Source: a virus. Taken from it: a stretch of DNA of 64,000 nt. The position numbers and the translations under genes were made by a program. Of the stretch, positions 36,867 through 46,366 are shown one piece after another. The stretch lies in the IMG/VR virus record IMGVR_UViG_3300042502_001710, positions 1 to 64,000 of that record. The stretch is one strand, 5' to 3'. The notes below the pieces were generated by a model, which did not search any database, was not told the origin of the DNA, and saw only the letters and a program-made list of their open reading frames with translations. The stretch's first letter is position 1. Every line of letters starts with the position of its first letter.

Positions 36867-37430
36867 TCAACCTTTCTTTATTACAATCATAATATCGTCA
36901 TATCTATCTTTTATGTGTCTTCTGTCAAACACTTCTACTCTATCGTTTGATTTTAATGAAATAATATTCTTCAATAATAAAGATATTAAATCCATATTTT
37001 GAATATCTTCAATAACCATCAATCCACCGCTTTTCAACAGTGGCATATAATAATTTAGAACAAATAACTGGTGTAAAGGAAGATGTGAGCCATCATCAAT
37101 AATAATGTCAAACGGCCCTTTTGACCTAGTTAATTCTAAGGTTTTTTCACAATAGGCATCTACGCCCATAACAATATCGACATTATCATATTGATTATTC
37201 AAATCATGAAGTTCTTTCAAATCGTTTATTTCTAGCCCATGAATATGTGCCGATTTAAAATAATCAATCCACAGCTTTATAGATCCACCTAAGTTGTTGC
37301 CTATTTCAAGTAGATTTATATCGTTGTCTCTGTATGGTGCCAAAACTTCATCATATACCTCAAGATATGAATGCGTTGTATCTTTATCGGTACAATACCT
37401 AGGAGTTGAAGACATTTCTGATAATTTCAT
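36867..37430 (-). CDS. SAM-dependent (sugar O-)methyltransferase
   Basis: 'TDKDTTHSYLEVY', 'LLEIG', 'FDIIIDDGSH', 'GGLMVIEDI'. Confidence 0.85.
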   Translation of the reverse strand: MKLSEMSSTPRYCTDKDTTHSYLEVYDEVLAPYRDNDINLLEIGNNLGGSIKLWIDYFKSAHIHGLEINDLKELHDLNNQYDNVDIVMGVDAYCEKTLELTRSKGPFDIIIDDGSHLPLHQLFVLNYYMPLLKSGGLMVIEDIQNMDLISLLLKNIISLKSNDRVEVFDRRHIKDRYDDIMIVIKKG

Positions 37431-38197
37431 TAATCGACTTTCAGGTTATAGTTTTTGATAAAGTTCATGCCTGCGCTGTTAAATTCTCCGTGAAATCCAA
37501 AAGACCCATAACTAAATAAAATTCTTCTGTCAAAATTCTTATAAGGTGTAGGATGTTCCACTGAAAACTTTGCTGCAAGTTCAGGTGGAGCAAAATTTAT
37601 ACCAGCATTCTTCATGGCGTCATAGCTGAAAACACAAGCATTTAAATCTTCATTTTTGTGTTGCCATCCTAGTTTCGCTGATTCTTCCACAAACTTGCGA
37701 GTTCTCAGTGAAAACCCTCCGTTGCCAACAACGTTCGGGATTTTCTCTATGCGACCAGCCACCATATCGCTTGCTTGTATGATATTCATAGGCCAAGGAG
37801 CACCAGTGTAGTCATAGTCAAGATATCTTTGGTCCCATTTGCTGCCGTCGATGATGGTGGAGTCGTGCTGAACATTCAAACAAAAATCATCAACAATGTA
37901 TCGATTCACCTGTTGAATAAACGATTCACAAAAACCTATTCGATTCGTGTCATCATCAAACATGTTTTCGTTCAAGTTGACATTCATGTCATAGACTTCT
38001 ATACCAAAAGAGTCTATCACTTTTGAGAAGATTGTCAAATCAGTTTTTGAACTATCAGTGATTAAAACTGAACGTTTAAAATTTACCTGATCCATACCAA
38101 TCAGCATCGCTCTGAGAGATTTTGTTACATGCTCTGTTCCCCAGCAGAATGTAAAGATTGTAACATCTGGTAGCTGTAGTTTATTTCCAGTATTCAT
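37430..38197 (-). CDS. DUF5672-like protein (GT-associated)
   Basis: 'LNVQHDS', 'YDYTGAPW', 'VGNGGFSLR', 'NED', 'AAKFSVE', 'FGFH'. Likely start 38197; the ORF track gives 38218. Confidence 0.75.
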   Translation of the reverse strand: MNTGNKLQLPDVTIFTFCWGTEHVTKSLRAMLIGMDQVNFKRSVLITDSSKTDLTIFSKVIDSFGIEVYDMNVNLNENMFDDDTNRIGFCESFIQQVNRYIVDDFCLNVQHDSTIIDGSKWDQRYLDYDYTGAPWPMNIIQASDMVAGRIEKIPNVVGNGGFSLRTRKFVEESAKLGWQHKNEDLNACVFSYDAMKNAGINFAPPELAAKFSVEHPTPYKNFDRRILFSYGSFGFHGEFNSAGMNFIKNYNLKVD

Positions 38198-39197
38198 ACA
38201 TTCCTTTTTGTATTTCATATTTCATGGTTTTTTGTTCACGAACAGGTTGTGTGATTGCCCACTGAAACATTTCATCTACAGTTTGTTCTAAATCTGTATT
38301 GTCGTAAAAACATAAGTTTCTATCATCTTTGATCATCGAGTGGTCACATTCCGCGTGTTTTGCTTCGTGTCTTTCTTGCACATATTTTCTTGAAGCTGTG
38401 CGTGAATACTTGCGTGCCACTTTCTCCACAATGTCTGACAACTCATTCAATGAATAAGACTTGTCGGAACCTATATTGAACGTACAACCATCGCACACAG
38501 TCATCAATTTTTCTAAGGGTTGCATACAATATTTGATGTCTGAAAAAGCCCTAGTTTGATTTCCGTCTCCGTAGATCAACATTGGCTCATCGTTTAAAAC
38601 CTTGCGAATAAAGATTCCCACAACGTTTCTGTATCTGTCCCAGATATTCTGATAAATGCCAATCACATTGTGCGGTCTGAGTATTGTGTATCTTAAACCA
38701 TGTTGCACAGAGGCTATTCTGATATCTTGCTCCACAGCGTATTTGGCGACTCCGTATGGATCGATTGGCCTTGGAGTCATATTTTCTGTAAACGGCGTTT
38801 GTTGGTCTCCGTAGACAGCCATAGAGGACGTGAAAATCAACTTAACATCGTGGTTTACGCAAGCGTTCACAACATTGACACTAGACAATATATTGTTGGT
38901 ATAATTATAGTTACGAATAAACGGGGACAATCCTTCTGCTGCATATGCGGCAAAGTGATAGCAAGCCACTGGTTTTTCTCGATTGAAAATATCGTTTAGT
39001 CTTTGTGGAGCATTTTCTGCCGACAAATTCAAAAGATGAAATTCAATCTGCTCGAACGAGGTGTCTTTGGGCAAGTAGTCAACGTGCCCACCACTAAGAT
39101 CATCTATGCCAATTACCCTATAACCACTTTTCAACAAATGTCTAGTAAAATGAGACCCTATCAATCCAACACATCCCGTGATTATTACAGATTTCAT
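38181..39197 (-). CDS. NAD-dependent nucleotide-sugar epimerase/dehydratase
   Basis: TGCVGLIG, IDDLSGG, FTSSMAVYG, YGVAK, GDGNQTRAF. Start 39197 by ATGA overlap. Confidence 0.9.
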   Translation of the reverse strand: MKSVIITGCVGLIGSHFTRHLLKSGYRVIGIDDLSGGHVDYLPKDTSFEQIEFHLLNLSAENAPQRLNDIFNREKPVACYHFAAYAAEGLSPFIRNYNYTNNILSSVNVVNACVNHDVKLIFTSSMAVYGDQQTPFTENMTPRPIDPYGVAKYAVEQDIRIASVQHGLRYTILRPHNVIGIYQNIWDRYRNVVGIFIRKVLNDEPMLIYGDGNQTRAFSDIKYCMQPLEKLMTVCDGCTFNIGSDKSYSLNELSDIVEKVARKYSRTASRKYVQERHEAKHAECDHSMIKDDRNLCFYDNTDLEQTVDEMFQWAITQPVREQKTMKYEIQKGMYEYWK

Positions 39198-40882
39198 TGT
39201 ATGGCACCTCTTTGCTGCATAACTTCTACTCTGCGTTTTTCCCACTGATTGATTTTATTTCGTCGCATAACCATTTGGTTGTAAGCTGCGTTAAAATCAA
39301 AATTATGTCTATGATTCATGCCGTCAAAAGCCTGAGAAGATTCATTGAAATACATTCCTCCGGTAGAACCAGTGGTTTGCTTGTATGTCAAGTCTCTTGT
39401 CAATCTAGATTCAAAGAATGAATTCAACATGCTTGGATCTTTCAACACGTTTGCGATCAAAAACCTAGCAAGCTTTGTTGATTCTACTTGAGCGATGGTT
39501 TCTTCGCTTGGCTTAGGGTCTGGTTCTAGAATCCTTGGTGGAGAAGCCCAAGTTTGTTCGATTGGCCTGATGGGCAAAGAGTCAAAAATATTTTCCCACT
39601 TAGATCCACTCAAGTTCCATTGAAAGTATTGTTCGAAATTAGAGCGAGTGCGTTTGCCAATTTCTGCTCGTTCTTCGTCAGTGAACTTTTCAAAGAATTC
39701 TAGAAAATATTCTGCTGCTAGATCATTGTCGGGAACTGCTCGCAAGCATCCAGTTTCCAGTTCTTTGTAGAGTGCTGCTGGTTTGATTGGATAACCTCCC
39801 AGCTTTCTTATTTCACTCTCCATCGCAGAGTAATCTGTTCCGCAAACAGGAACACCGCAAGCTGCCGCTTCAACATAAGGAAGACCAAACCCTTCACAGT
39901 TTGCATACTGAGTGTATAGATCAAATAGATTTTGGATATTTGATAGCTCTTCGTATGAAGCTCCAGTTTTAACATTCGACAATGTTGCGTTCCATCTGCC
40001 GGTGTACGGAGATTGAGCCACAGCACCCCTGAACAATGATGGAAATGGCTTTTTGGTTTCTTGACAGATGTATGTGAACAAAACGTGTGAAGATAAATCG
40101 TTTTGTAAAAGCAATTCTGGAATATCCCATCCCAAGTCAGGATAAGATGTGTGACAATAAAGATAATAATTCTTGCTGTTTGCTTTGTCAAGAAATTTTC
40201 GAAACGCTTCAAATAAGTCTGGGTATAATTTACGACGCTGATTGCGCATCACAGTGCCTATGATTTTATAATCAGGATTGAGACCCATAGAAATCTTGTG
40301 AATCTTTTTGTCTGCCACTGGCTTGTATGCTGGATGAGCAGAAGGTGGAGAAGAACCCCAGTATTTCATCTTGCCGCCAGATTGTTTCAGTAAAACTTCA
40401 CCAGCCCAATCAGAATAGGTCAGAACGCCATTGGCTCCAGAGTATGTGGAAATCCATTGGCGAGCTTGAGGTCTAGCATCAACGGTTGGCATGATCACCC
40501 AATCAAAGAATGGGCGAAAAGGGCTACGTTCTGCAAAGTCTAGCATCCAGAAGTCTCTGATATCGCAGACAACGTCTGGCATAAAATCTAGACAAACGTG
40601 CTCAAATATAAATTCACCGAATTGGTTTGTTCCAACTTCGTGATAAGCATCCATCTCTTGCTTTGAGGCTTTTGGCTCACACTCTGTGTTTGGCTGAACA
40701 CCATAATACTTCCAAGGAATATCGGCAGCTCTTGGGTCATTTCTTTGACCATAACTGGACATTTCAGCCAGCTCATATTTTCCTGTTGAATGTAAGTAAT
40801 TTAAAATTTCACGAGTGTAAGTAGCGTAACCAGTGTTTAGAAAAGTGGCTTCACTACAAAACAATATCCTCTTTTTTCTCAT
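39194..40882 (-). CDS. GT4 glycosyltransferase
   Basis: 'NTGYATY', 'RNQRRKLYPDL', 'CEGFGLPYVEAAACG'. Likely start MRKKRIL. Confidence 0.88.
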   Translation of the reverse strand: MRKKRILFCSEATFLNTGYATYTREILNYLHSTGKYELAEMSSYGQRNDPRAADIPWKYYGVQPNTECEPKASKQEMDAYHEVGTNQFGEFIFEHVCLDFMPDVVCDIRDFWMLDFAERSPFRPFFDWVIMPTVDARPQARQWISTYSGANGVLTYSDWAGEVLLKQSGGKMKYWGSSPPSAHPAYKPVADKKIHKISMGLNPDYKIIGTVMRNQRRKLYPDLFEAFRKFLDKANSKNYYLYCHTSYPDLGWDIPELLLQNDLSSHVLFTYICQETKKPFPSLFRGAVAQSPYTGRWNATLSNVKTGASYEELSNIQNLFDLYTQYANCEGFGLPYVEAAACGVPVCGTDYSAMESEIRKLGGYPIKPAALYKELETGCLRAVPDNDLAAEYFLEFFEKFTDEERAEIGKRTRSNFEQYFQWNLSGSKWENIFDSLPIRPIEQTWASPPRILEPDPKPSEETIAQVESTKLARFLIANVLKDPSMLNSFFESRLTRDLTYKQTTGSTGGMYFNESSQAFDGMNHRHNFDFNAAYNQMVMRRNKINQWEKRRVEVMQQRGAIQ

Positions 40883-40952
40883 TTTATTCCTTGCTATCTG
40901 AGCGTCCGAATCAGTAAAAAACACAGCTATCCATCTGTTCCGCTTGTGTACT

Positions 40953-40981
40953 ATAATAGTCTATTGACAATCATAATGCAA
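40953..40981 (-). promoter_or_regulatory. Sigma70-type promoter for the glycosylation cluster
   Basis: TTGCAT-17 nt-TATTAT on the - strand, directly after the stop of the DnaE C-half gene. Confidence 0.6.
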
Positions 40982-42547
40982 TCAAATTTCATGAATTTTC
41001 TCTACAATAAATGAATTATCCTTATCAACTTCTCCGCAAAGCATAAGATTGTTTCCTTCATAAAGAATAAAATGGTATACGTCTCTGACGTCTGGAAATA
41101 CGATCACACTGTCTAAACTGCATGTGGCGTCTTCTATTGTCAGAAAAGACATGACTCTTCCTTTTTGTTTGCTGTTTGCTTTATTTATCTTGTGATTGGA
41201 TACACGCTGAACATTTGCTACAAGACAAATGTTTTTACCCTTTCTTCCATTCACAATGTCCTTGCACGTAGCGTTTGCTACAGACGTATCCACAGCGTCT
41301 ATCTTTGAAAGAGAAATTGGACATCCAAGCATCTTGGTTTCTTGATCGACGATCCACGCTGGATCATCTTTCAGATCATACGGTGGATTTTTCAGCATGT
41401 TCAGTTCATTCAATATGATCTGATTGCGATTCACATTGCTTGCTCCTCCTCCATTTTTCTTGGTTGGAGCCAAATCATTGAAACATTCGTCAAGTTTTTG
41501 CCATTGTCTTTTTGCTTGATTCTCGAAGACCCATTGCACTTCGTTCTTGGTTAGTTCTTTAAAGATCAAATATTCATAAATAGCCTGATTTCTGGTGACA
41601 CCTGTGGATTTTGTCGAAAAGAAACCAATAGCACACAAAGCTTTAAATGCTGTCGAATTAATCTTTGGGGATAAATAAACGAGCACATCCAGCCAAGTGA
41701 ATTCTGATGGTTGCTTTTTGATTTCATCAACTGCTTGAGCGATAGCCTGAATGACTTTGTCGCCAGTCACACCCGTCAAGCTTTTGATGTCTTTTATTCC
41801 AAAACAAATGCCGTCATTTGTAATACAGAATTTAGTGGAAAACCCACTTAGTTTAGGAATCTTTACTTCTATATTGAATAGTTTAGCTTCATTGACCAGC
41901 TCATAGATTTCTTGATGAGGATCTTGCTTTTCATTAGCATAGAACAAGTAAGACAGGAAAAACTCTTTTGTATGATGAGCTTTGTACCAAGCTGACCAAT
42001 AAGAGTCTAAGGCGTATGCTACAGCATGTGATTTATTGAAAGAATATCTGGAAGACTTTTCAATCCATCCAAAAATTTCTTTCGCCGTTTCTTCGTCTAC
42101 AAGTCCTACGTTTTTACATCCAGCAATAAAATCATTTCGAATCGAGGCCATCAAATCAGCCTTCTTTTTGCCAATAGCCTTGCGAAGGTTGTCTGTTTCA
42201 GTTTCGCTGAAACCAGCTAGCTTTACTGCAATCCGCATAGCTTGTTCTTGATAAACTAAAACCCCATAAGTTGGTTTTAAAATATCTTCAAGCGATGGAT
42301 GTAGATATGAAACTTCTTCCCTGTTGTGTTTTCTGTCAACAAACCTTTGTGTCATTGACTTTCCGTCGATGATAGCCTTGGTACACCCCGGTCTCAAAAG
42401 TGCTATCAATGCAGCAAGTTCTTCTATGTTTTCCGGAGCCAATTTTTTAGACCAATTGCGACCATGATTACTTTCTAATTGGAAAATCCCTTTTGTCAAA
42501 CCGTTTTTGTATAGGCTCCAAGCCTCAGGATCATTTCTGTCGATCAT
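40982..42547 (-). CDS. dnaE: DNA polymerase III alpha, C-terminal half (fingers, HhH, OB fold)
   Basis: 'GIFQLES', 'ALLRPG', 'TYGVLVYQEQAM', 'LRKAIGKK', 'YSFNKSHAVAY', OB fold 'MSFLTIED'. Own RBS GAGGT. Confidence 0.92.
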   Translation of the reverse strand: MIDRNDPEAWSLYKNGLTKGIFQLESNHGRNWSKKLAPENIEELAALIALLRPGCTKAIIDGKSMTQRFVDRKHNREEVSYLHPSLEDILKPTYGVLVYQEQAMRIAVKLAGFSETETDNLRKAIGKKKADLMASIRNDFIAGCKNVGLVDEETAKEIFGWIEKSSRYSFNKSHAVAYALDSYWSAWYKAHHTKEFFLSYLFYANEKQDPHQEIYELVNEAKLFNIEVKIPKLSGFSTKFCITNDGICFGIKDIKSLTGVTGDKVIQAIAQAVDEIKKQPSEFTWLDVLVYLSPKINSTAFKALCAIGFFSTKSTGVTRNQAIYEYLIFKELTKNEVQWVFENQAKRQWQKLDECFNDLAPTKKNGGGASNVNRNQIILNELNMLKNPPYDLKDDPAWIVDQETKMLGCPISLSKIDAVDTSVANATCKDIVNGRKGKNICLVANVQRVSNHKINKANSKQKGRVMSFLTIEDATCSLDSVIVFPDVRDVYHFILYEGNNLMLCGEVDKDNSFIVEKIHEI

Positions 42548-42572
42548 TCAAACCTCAACATATAATGGTTAT

Positions 42573-43250
42573 TCACACAATGAACAAATCGCCGTCAACA
42601 AAAGCGTTATCAAATTTCATGTTTCTGTATACTGCACGTCTTGACTTTTGTAATTTTATAAAAATATTGGCTGTATCTTTAACGTCTTGCAATGCATCGT
42701 GAGCGTTTTCAGTAGAAAGACCCATTCTTTTTCTGAGAGCGTCCATGCTGATGGATTTAACCTCTGGATCACTTTCTGTCCATAGCCAAACATCATCCAT
42801 TACATCTATCTTATAGATTTGATGAAATAACTTTTGTTGCAGTCGCACTTCATCCCACGGTCCATATTGTTTGCACAGTCTATTCACAATGTGCATATCA
42901 AACCCATTGATGTTAAAGCCACAAGGAATAGGAGCAAAAAACGGTGTGCCTTTCCAATTGTACTTGTTCACAAAGTTTGTAAACTTTTTCCAAACAGCTT
43001 TTGGCAATGGTGCTTTGGCCAATACCTCTCGTGTCTGTCTGGTGATTTTTAACGCTTCTTCTTCTAGCGGACCCACTCCTGCTGCAATAGCAGCTTCATC
43101 GTCGATGATTGGTCTCATCAAGCTGTTGAAGGTTCCTTTTAGTTTAAAATTTCTACCATCAAGAGCTATAGCAGCTATTTGAGTTGGTTGACATGTGTGC
43201 GGGTTGCGACCACCCGTTTCAAAATCGAACACCAGAACGTCCCTAACCAT
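42573..43250 (-). CDS. DEDDh 3'-5' exonuclease (DnaQ/epsilon-like)
   Basis: ExoI 'VFDFETGG', ExoII 'FNINGFD', ExoIII 'HDALQD'. Confidence 0.9.
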   Translation of the reverse strand: MVRDVLVFDFETGGRNPHTCQPTQIAAIALDGRNFKLKGTFNSLMRPIIDDEAAIAAGVGPLEEEALKITRQTREVLAKAPLPKAVWKKFTNFVNKYNWKGTPFFAPIPCGFNINGFDMHIVNRLCKQYGPWDEVRLQQKLFHQIYKIDVMDDVWLWTESDPEVKSISMDALRKRMGLSTENAHDALQDVKDTANIFIKLQKSRRAVYRNMKFDNAFVDGDLFIV

Positions 43251-44877
43251 TGATTAGCTCCTTGATTTTCATTATTTTATCCAGTAAAGTGATACCGAGA
43301 ATGTCGAATTTGACGTGTCCTAAAGCTTCTAAATCAGACATTTCTAAACCTGCTATCTTTTCAGATCCGTTTTTTTGATTGACCATTGGGCATACTTTAT
43401 GAAGAGGTTCTGCTGATATAACAACACCAGCAGCATGTTTGCTTTGGGTTTTAAATGTTCCTTCAATATCTATTGCTTGCTGAAAATAAACAGCATAATC
43501 TCCTTTGAGTTCTCCTTCATCTGAAATGTAGCAATAATCTCTCAATTCTTTGGCGTTGTTTATCAAAGACCAACGAATAATAGATCGATCTTCTTCATCC
43601 ATTTCTGCCAATTGATCCGAGATATCGGCTTCATTTGGAATATATCTTGTAATTTCATTCATTTCGCTAAAGCCACAGGCATTGTTTACTCTTAAAACTT
43701 CTTTGATGGCACTTCTGCCTTGAAGTCTTCCAAAGGTTAACATTTGACTAACATTGGTGTTTGTATACTTGTCTTTTAAGTAAGCGATGATTTCGTCACG
43801 TTTTTCTCCCGGAACGTCCATGTCAATATCTGGCAAAGAGATATGATCCGCAGTGTTTCGTCCAGCATTATAAAACCTTTCAAACAAAAGGTCAAATTCA
43901 ATTGGATCAATTTGTGTGATACCAATCAAATAAGATATCAAACAGCCTGCTGCCGACCCTCTGCCGGGACCGACCATCCAACCTTGACTGCGACAATAGT
44001 TTAAAATATCCCAAACTATCAGGAAATATCCAAAGAGATTTGCTTGCTCGATAACTTCATATTCTCTGCGAAACCTGTCACCATAAACGGTACGTTCATC
44101 AACGTTTTTGATTTTGTCGTTCAACAGCTCTTTCCAACCTTGCCTTGCCAATGTTTTTAAAAAGTCTTTTTCAGACTCTCCGCTTGGAGTAGCAAACGTG
44201 GGCAGCATCGGTTGATTGAGAATGTTATAGTTTTCGCATTTATCGAAAATCTCTTGAAAATCATCGACACGAGCGTCATTCACTAAAATGTGTGATATCT
44301 CATTCTTTGCTTTGAGATAGAAATCGTCAGAGGTGAAGAATTGCCAATTCTTGATCGATGGGCATTTATTTGATGCCAGCTCTTTCTTTACCTGAGGAAG
44401 GGTCATTTTGTTTGCTGAGCAAAGAATAATTCTATGCAATTCAGCTTGATCTTTGTTTGCATAAAATGTCTTTGTGAAAGATTCAGACCAAGCGTAGAAA
44501 TCGTCACCATTGATTGGCGATGAAACTTCTTTCGAAGCTACGCAAATCAAGTTTCCGTTTTTACCAAGTTGAATCAGTAAAGAAGGATCGTAATTGCCAT
44601 CTTCATCTATAGAAGATACGATCTGGATCAACTCAAGCCATCCGTTTTTATTCTTAGCGAAAATGGAAAAGTCATCGAATGAACATCCAATGATAGGCTT
44701 GATATCGTTGTCTACACAGGCTTTGTAGAAAGACACGGCTCCGGAAATTGACTTGTAATCAGCTATCCCACACGCTGGATAGGAATTCTCTTTACACTTT
44801 TTAGCAAGTTCTTTGGGTCTTGAGAAACCATACTGCAAAGAATAGTGTGTGTAATTCAGTAACGGAAACCATTTCAT
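43243..44877 (-). CDS. dnaE: DNA polymerase III alpha, N-terminal half (degenerate PHP plus palm/thumb)
   Basis: 'YFLIVWD', 'GPGRGSAAG', 'LLFERF', 'SLPDIDMD', 'HAAGVVIS', 'KFDILG'. Confidence 0.92.
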   Translation of the reverse strand: MKWFPLLNYTHYSLQYGFSRPKELAKKCKENSYPACGIADYKSISGAVSFYKACVDNDIKPIIGCSFDDFSIFAKNKNGWLELIQIVSSIDEDGNYDPSLLIQLGKNGNLICVASKEVSSPINGDDFYAWSESFTKTFYANKDQAELHRIILCSANKMTLPQVKKELASNKCPSIKNWQFFTSDDFYLKAKNEISHILVNDARVDDFQEIFDKCENYNILNQPMLPTFATPSGESEKDFLKTLARQGWKELLNDKIKNVDERTVYGDRFRREYEVIEQANLFGYFLIVWDILNYCRSQGWMVGPGRGSAAGCLISYLIGITQIDPIEFDLLFERFYNAGRNTADHISLPDIDMDVPGEKRDEIIAYLKDKYTNTNVSQMLTFGRLQGRSAIKEVLRVNNACGFSEMNEITRYIPNEADISDQLAEMDEEDRSIIRWSLINNAKELRDYCYISDEGELKGDYAVYFQQAIDIEGTFKTQSKHAAGVVISAEPLHKVCPMVNQKNGSEKIAGLEMSDLEALGHVKFDILGITLLDKIMKIKELING

Positions 44878-44921
44878 AAAAACCTTTCAATCTTTTAAAC
44901 TCAAAGACAGTTCGCTATGCT

Positions 44922-44950
44922 ATTATAGCAAGCTATTCGGTTTTTTGCAT
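44922..44950 (-). promoter_or_regulatory. Extended -10 sigma70-type promoter for the polymerase operon
   Basis: ATGCAA-17 nt-TATAAT with a TG-N extension (TGCTATAAT) on the - strand. Confidence 0.6.
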
Positions 44951-46366
44951 TCAAATTCTTGTTATTTTCATCAATCTGTCAACATGATTTTCTGGTGAAG
45001 TATCCCCGAAATTTGTTACTTTTTCAAATTTTAACCCATGCTTACGTAAATGATAATCGTAAAATGAATAAGGTCTGCAAACAAATGGGAATTCTAGCCA
45101 TCTTGCATTATCTTCATTTTTATCTGAAGTATTTATGCTAGCTATACAGACGCCATCATCTTTCAGGCTGCTAGATATTTTATCTAATACATCGTCTAAA
45201 ATTTCATCATCTAGGTGAATAAAAACTTGAAAACACAATATAAAATCAAATTTCAAATTTATATCTGACCATTTATTCGTTAATTTAGGGTTTTTAAAAA
45301 GGAGATTATTATCAGAAACTTCCTGTTTAGCCTCAATCAATCTATGTTCTGAAATATCAAACCCATAATAATTGTTTACATCTAAGTATTTAATGATAGG
45401 AAGACCAACTCTCAAAACTCCGCAGCCAAGGTCTAGTACTTTGTATTCTGGTTTCAATAAATCAATAACATATTTTCCAAAATATTTTCTAGCTGAATCA
45501 AAATAACCTGCGGTGCATACGAGATTTTGTCTGTACTCAGGAACGTATTTGAATTCGTCTTTTTGCATCAATGATAAGTAAATGTCTTTGTCTTGTAATA
45601 TTTTTTTTCTTAACCCTTTATGTACTCTTCGAACACAAGCCATCTCATATGCTTCTTCATTGTCAGCATCTCCTATCTTAGTAACTCTAGAAGTTTGAGT
45701 AGAAGTGATCCTATACATAAGCAATATTTCATCTAAATTTCTTATTTGGTAACCAGCTTTAGCTAATATCGAATAGAATATGAAATCAGGAAATTTATTC
45801 TTATGTAAATTGAAACTTTTTTGAAAATGACCGATTATATTGCAATCAAATCTTTGTAAGATTTCTTTCTTCATCATCGTAGTAGGGTTATTGATGCACC
45901 AGTTTGTTGTAAAAATAAAATCGTTCACATTAAAGTGATGATAAATCAAAGATTCTTTTGGATTCACAGCGTGTTTTATGTCGCTTTTAGCACAAAAAAA
46001 TTGTATTTGACATCCTAATATATCCACGTCCTCATTTTTAAGAAGAAAATTAAATTGTTTTTCTAACCTTTCTGGCAACATTATATCGTCAGAATCCATG
46101 AAAGCGATATATTTACAATCAAAATCTAGGGAATCTTTTGCATATATCCTATTAGTTATGTCACCTAAATTTTTAGGTGAGAACAAAACTCTTATTTTTT
46201 CATCTTTAATATTTTTTAGATATTTTATAGTATCAGGATTATTACTTGCGTCATCGACGATTATCAACGTCCAACTTTTTAAAGATTGACTTTTAATGCT
46301 CTCAATTGCTTCTTGCAGGAATGTTACGCAAGTATTATATACTGGCATTATTATATTTACGACCAT
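44951..46366 (-). CDS. GT2 glycosyltransferase fused to SAM methyltransferase
   Basis: 'IMPVYN', 'IVDDAS', 'FMDSDD'. C-terminal 'VLDLGCG', 'FDFIL...VFIHL'. Confidence 0.85.
   Translation of the reverse strand: MVVNIIMPVYNTCVTFLQEAIESIKSQSLKSWTLIIVDDASNNPDTIKYLKNIKDEKIRVLFSPKNLGDITNRIYAKDSLDFDCKYIAFMDSDDIMLPERLEKQFNFLLKNEDVDILGCQIQFFCAKSDIKHAVNPKESLIYHHFNVNDFIFTTNWCINNPTTMMKKEILQRFDCNIIGHFQKSFNLHKNKFPDFIFYSILAKAGYQIRNLDEILLMYRITSTQTSRVTKIGDADNEEAYEMACVRRVHKGLRKKILQDKDIYLSLMQKDEFKYVPEYRQNLVCTAGYFDSARKYFGKYVIDLLKPEYKVLDLGCGVLRVGLPIIKYLDVNNYYGFDISEHRLIEAKQEVSDNNLLFKNPKLTNKWSDINLKFDFILCFQVFIHLDDEILDDVLDKISSSLKDDGVCIASINTSDKNEDNARWLEFPFVCRPYSFYDYHLRKHGLKFEKVTNFGDTSPENHVDRLMKITRI

Noticed and set aside
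26105-40882. Bacterial chromosomal O-antigen or capsule locus
   Set aside because: No Wzx, Wzy, Wzz or priming transferase was recognised, and the locus is embedded among phage structural and replication genes.
40952-40969. Plus-strand promoter from TATAAT (40952-40957) and TTGACA (40964-40969)
   Set aside because: The elements are in the wrong order for a + strand promoter, and the - strand reading gives proper 17-nt spacing.
40982-44877. Split intein, stop-codon readthrough or intron joining the DnaE halves
   Set aside because: There are no intein terminal motifs. Readthrough of the N-half TAG meets a TGA within 8 codons. The exonuclease and C-half are out of frame, and the 25-nt gap is too short for an intron.
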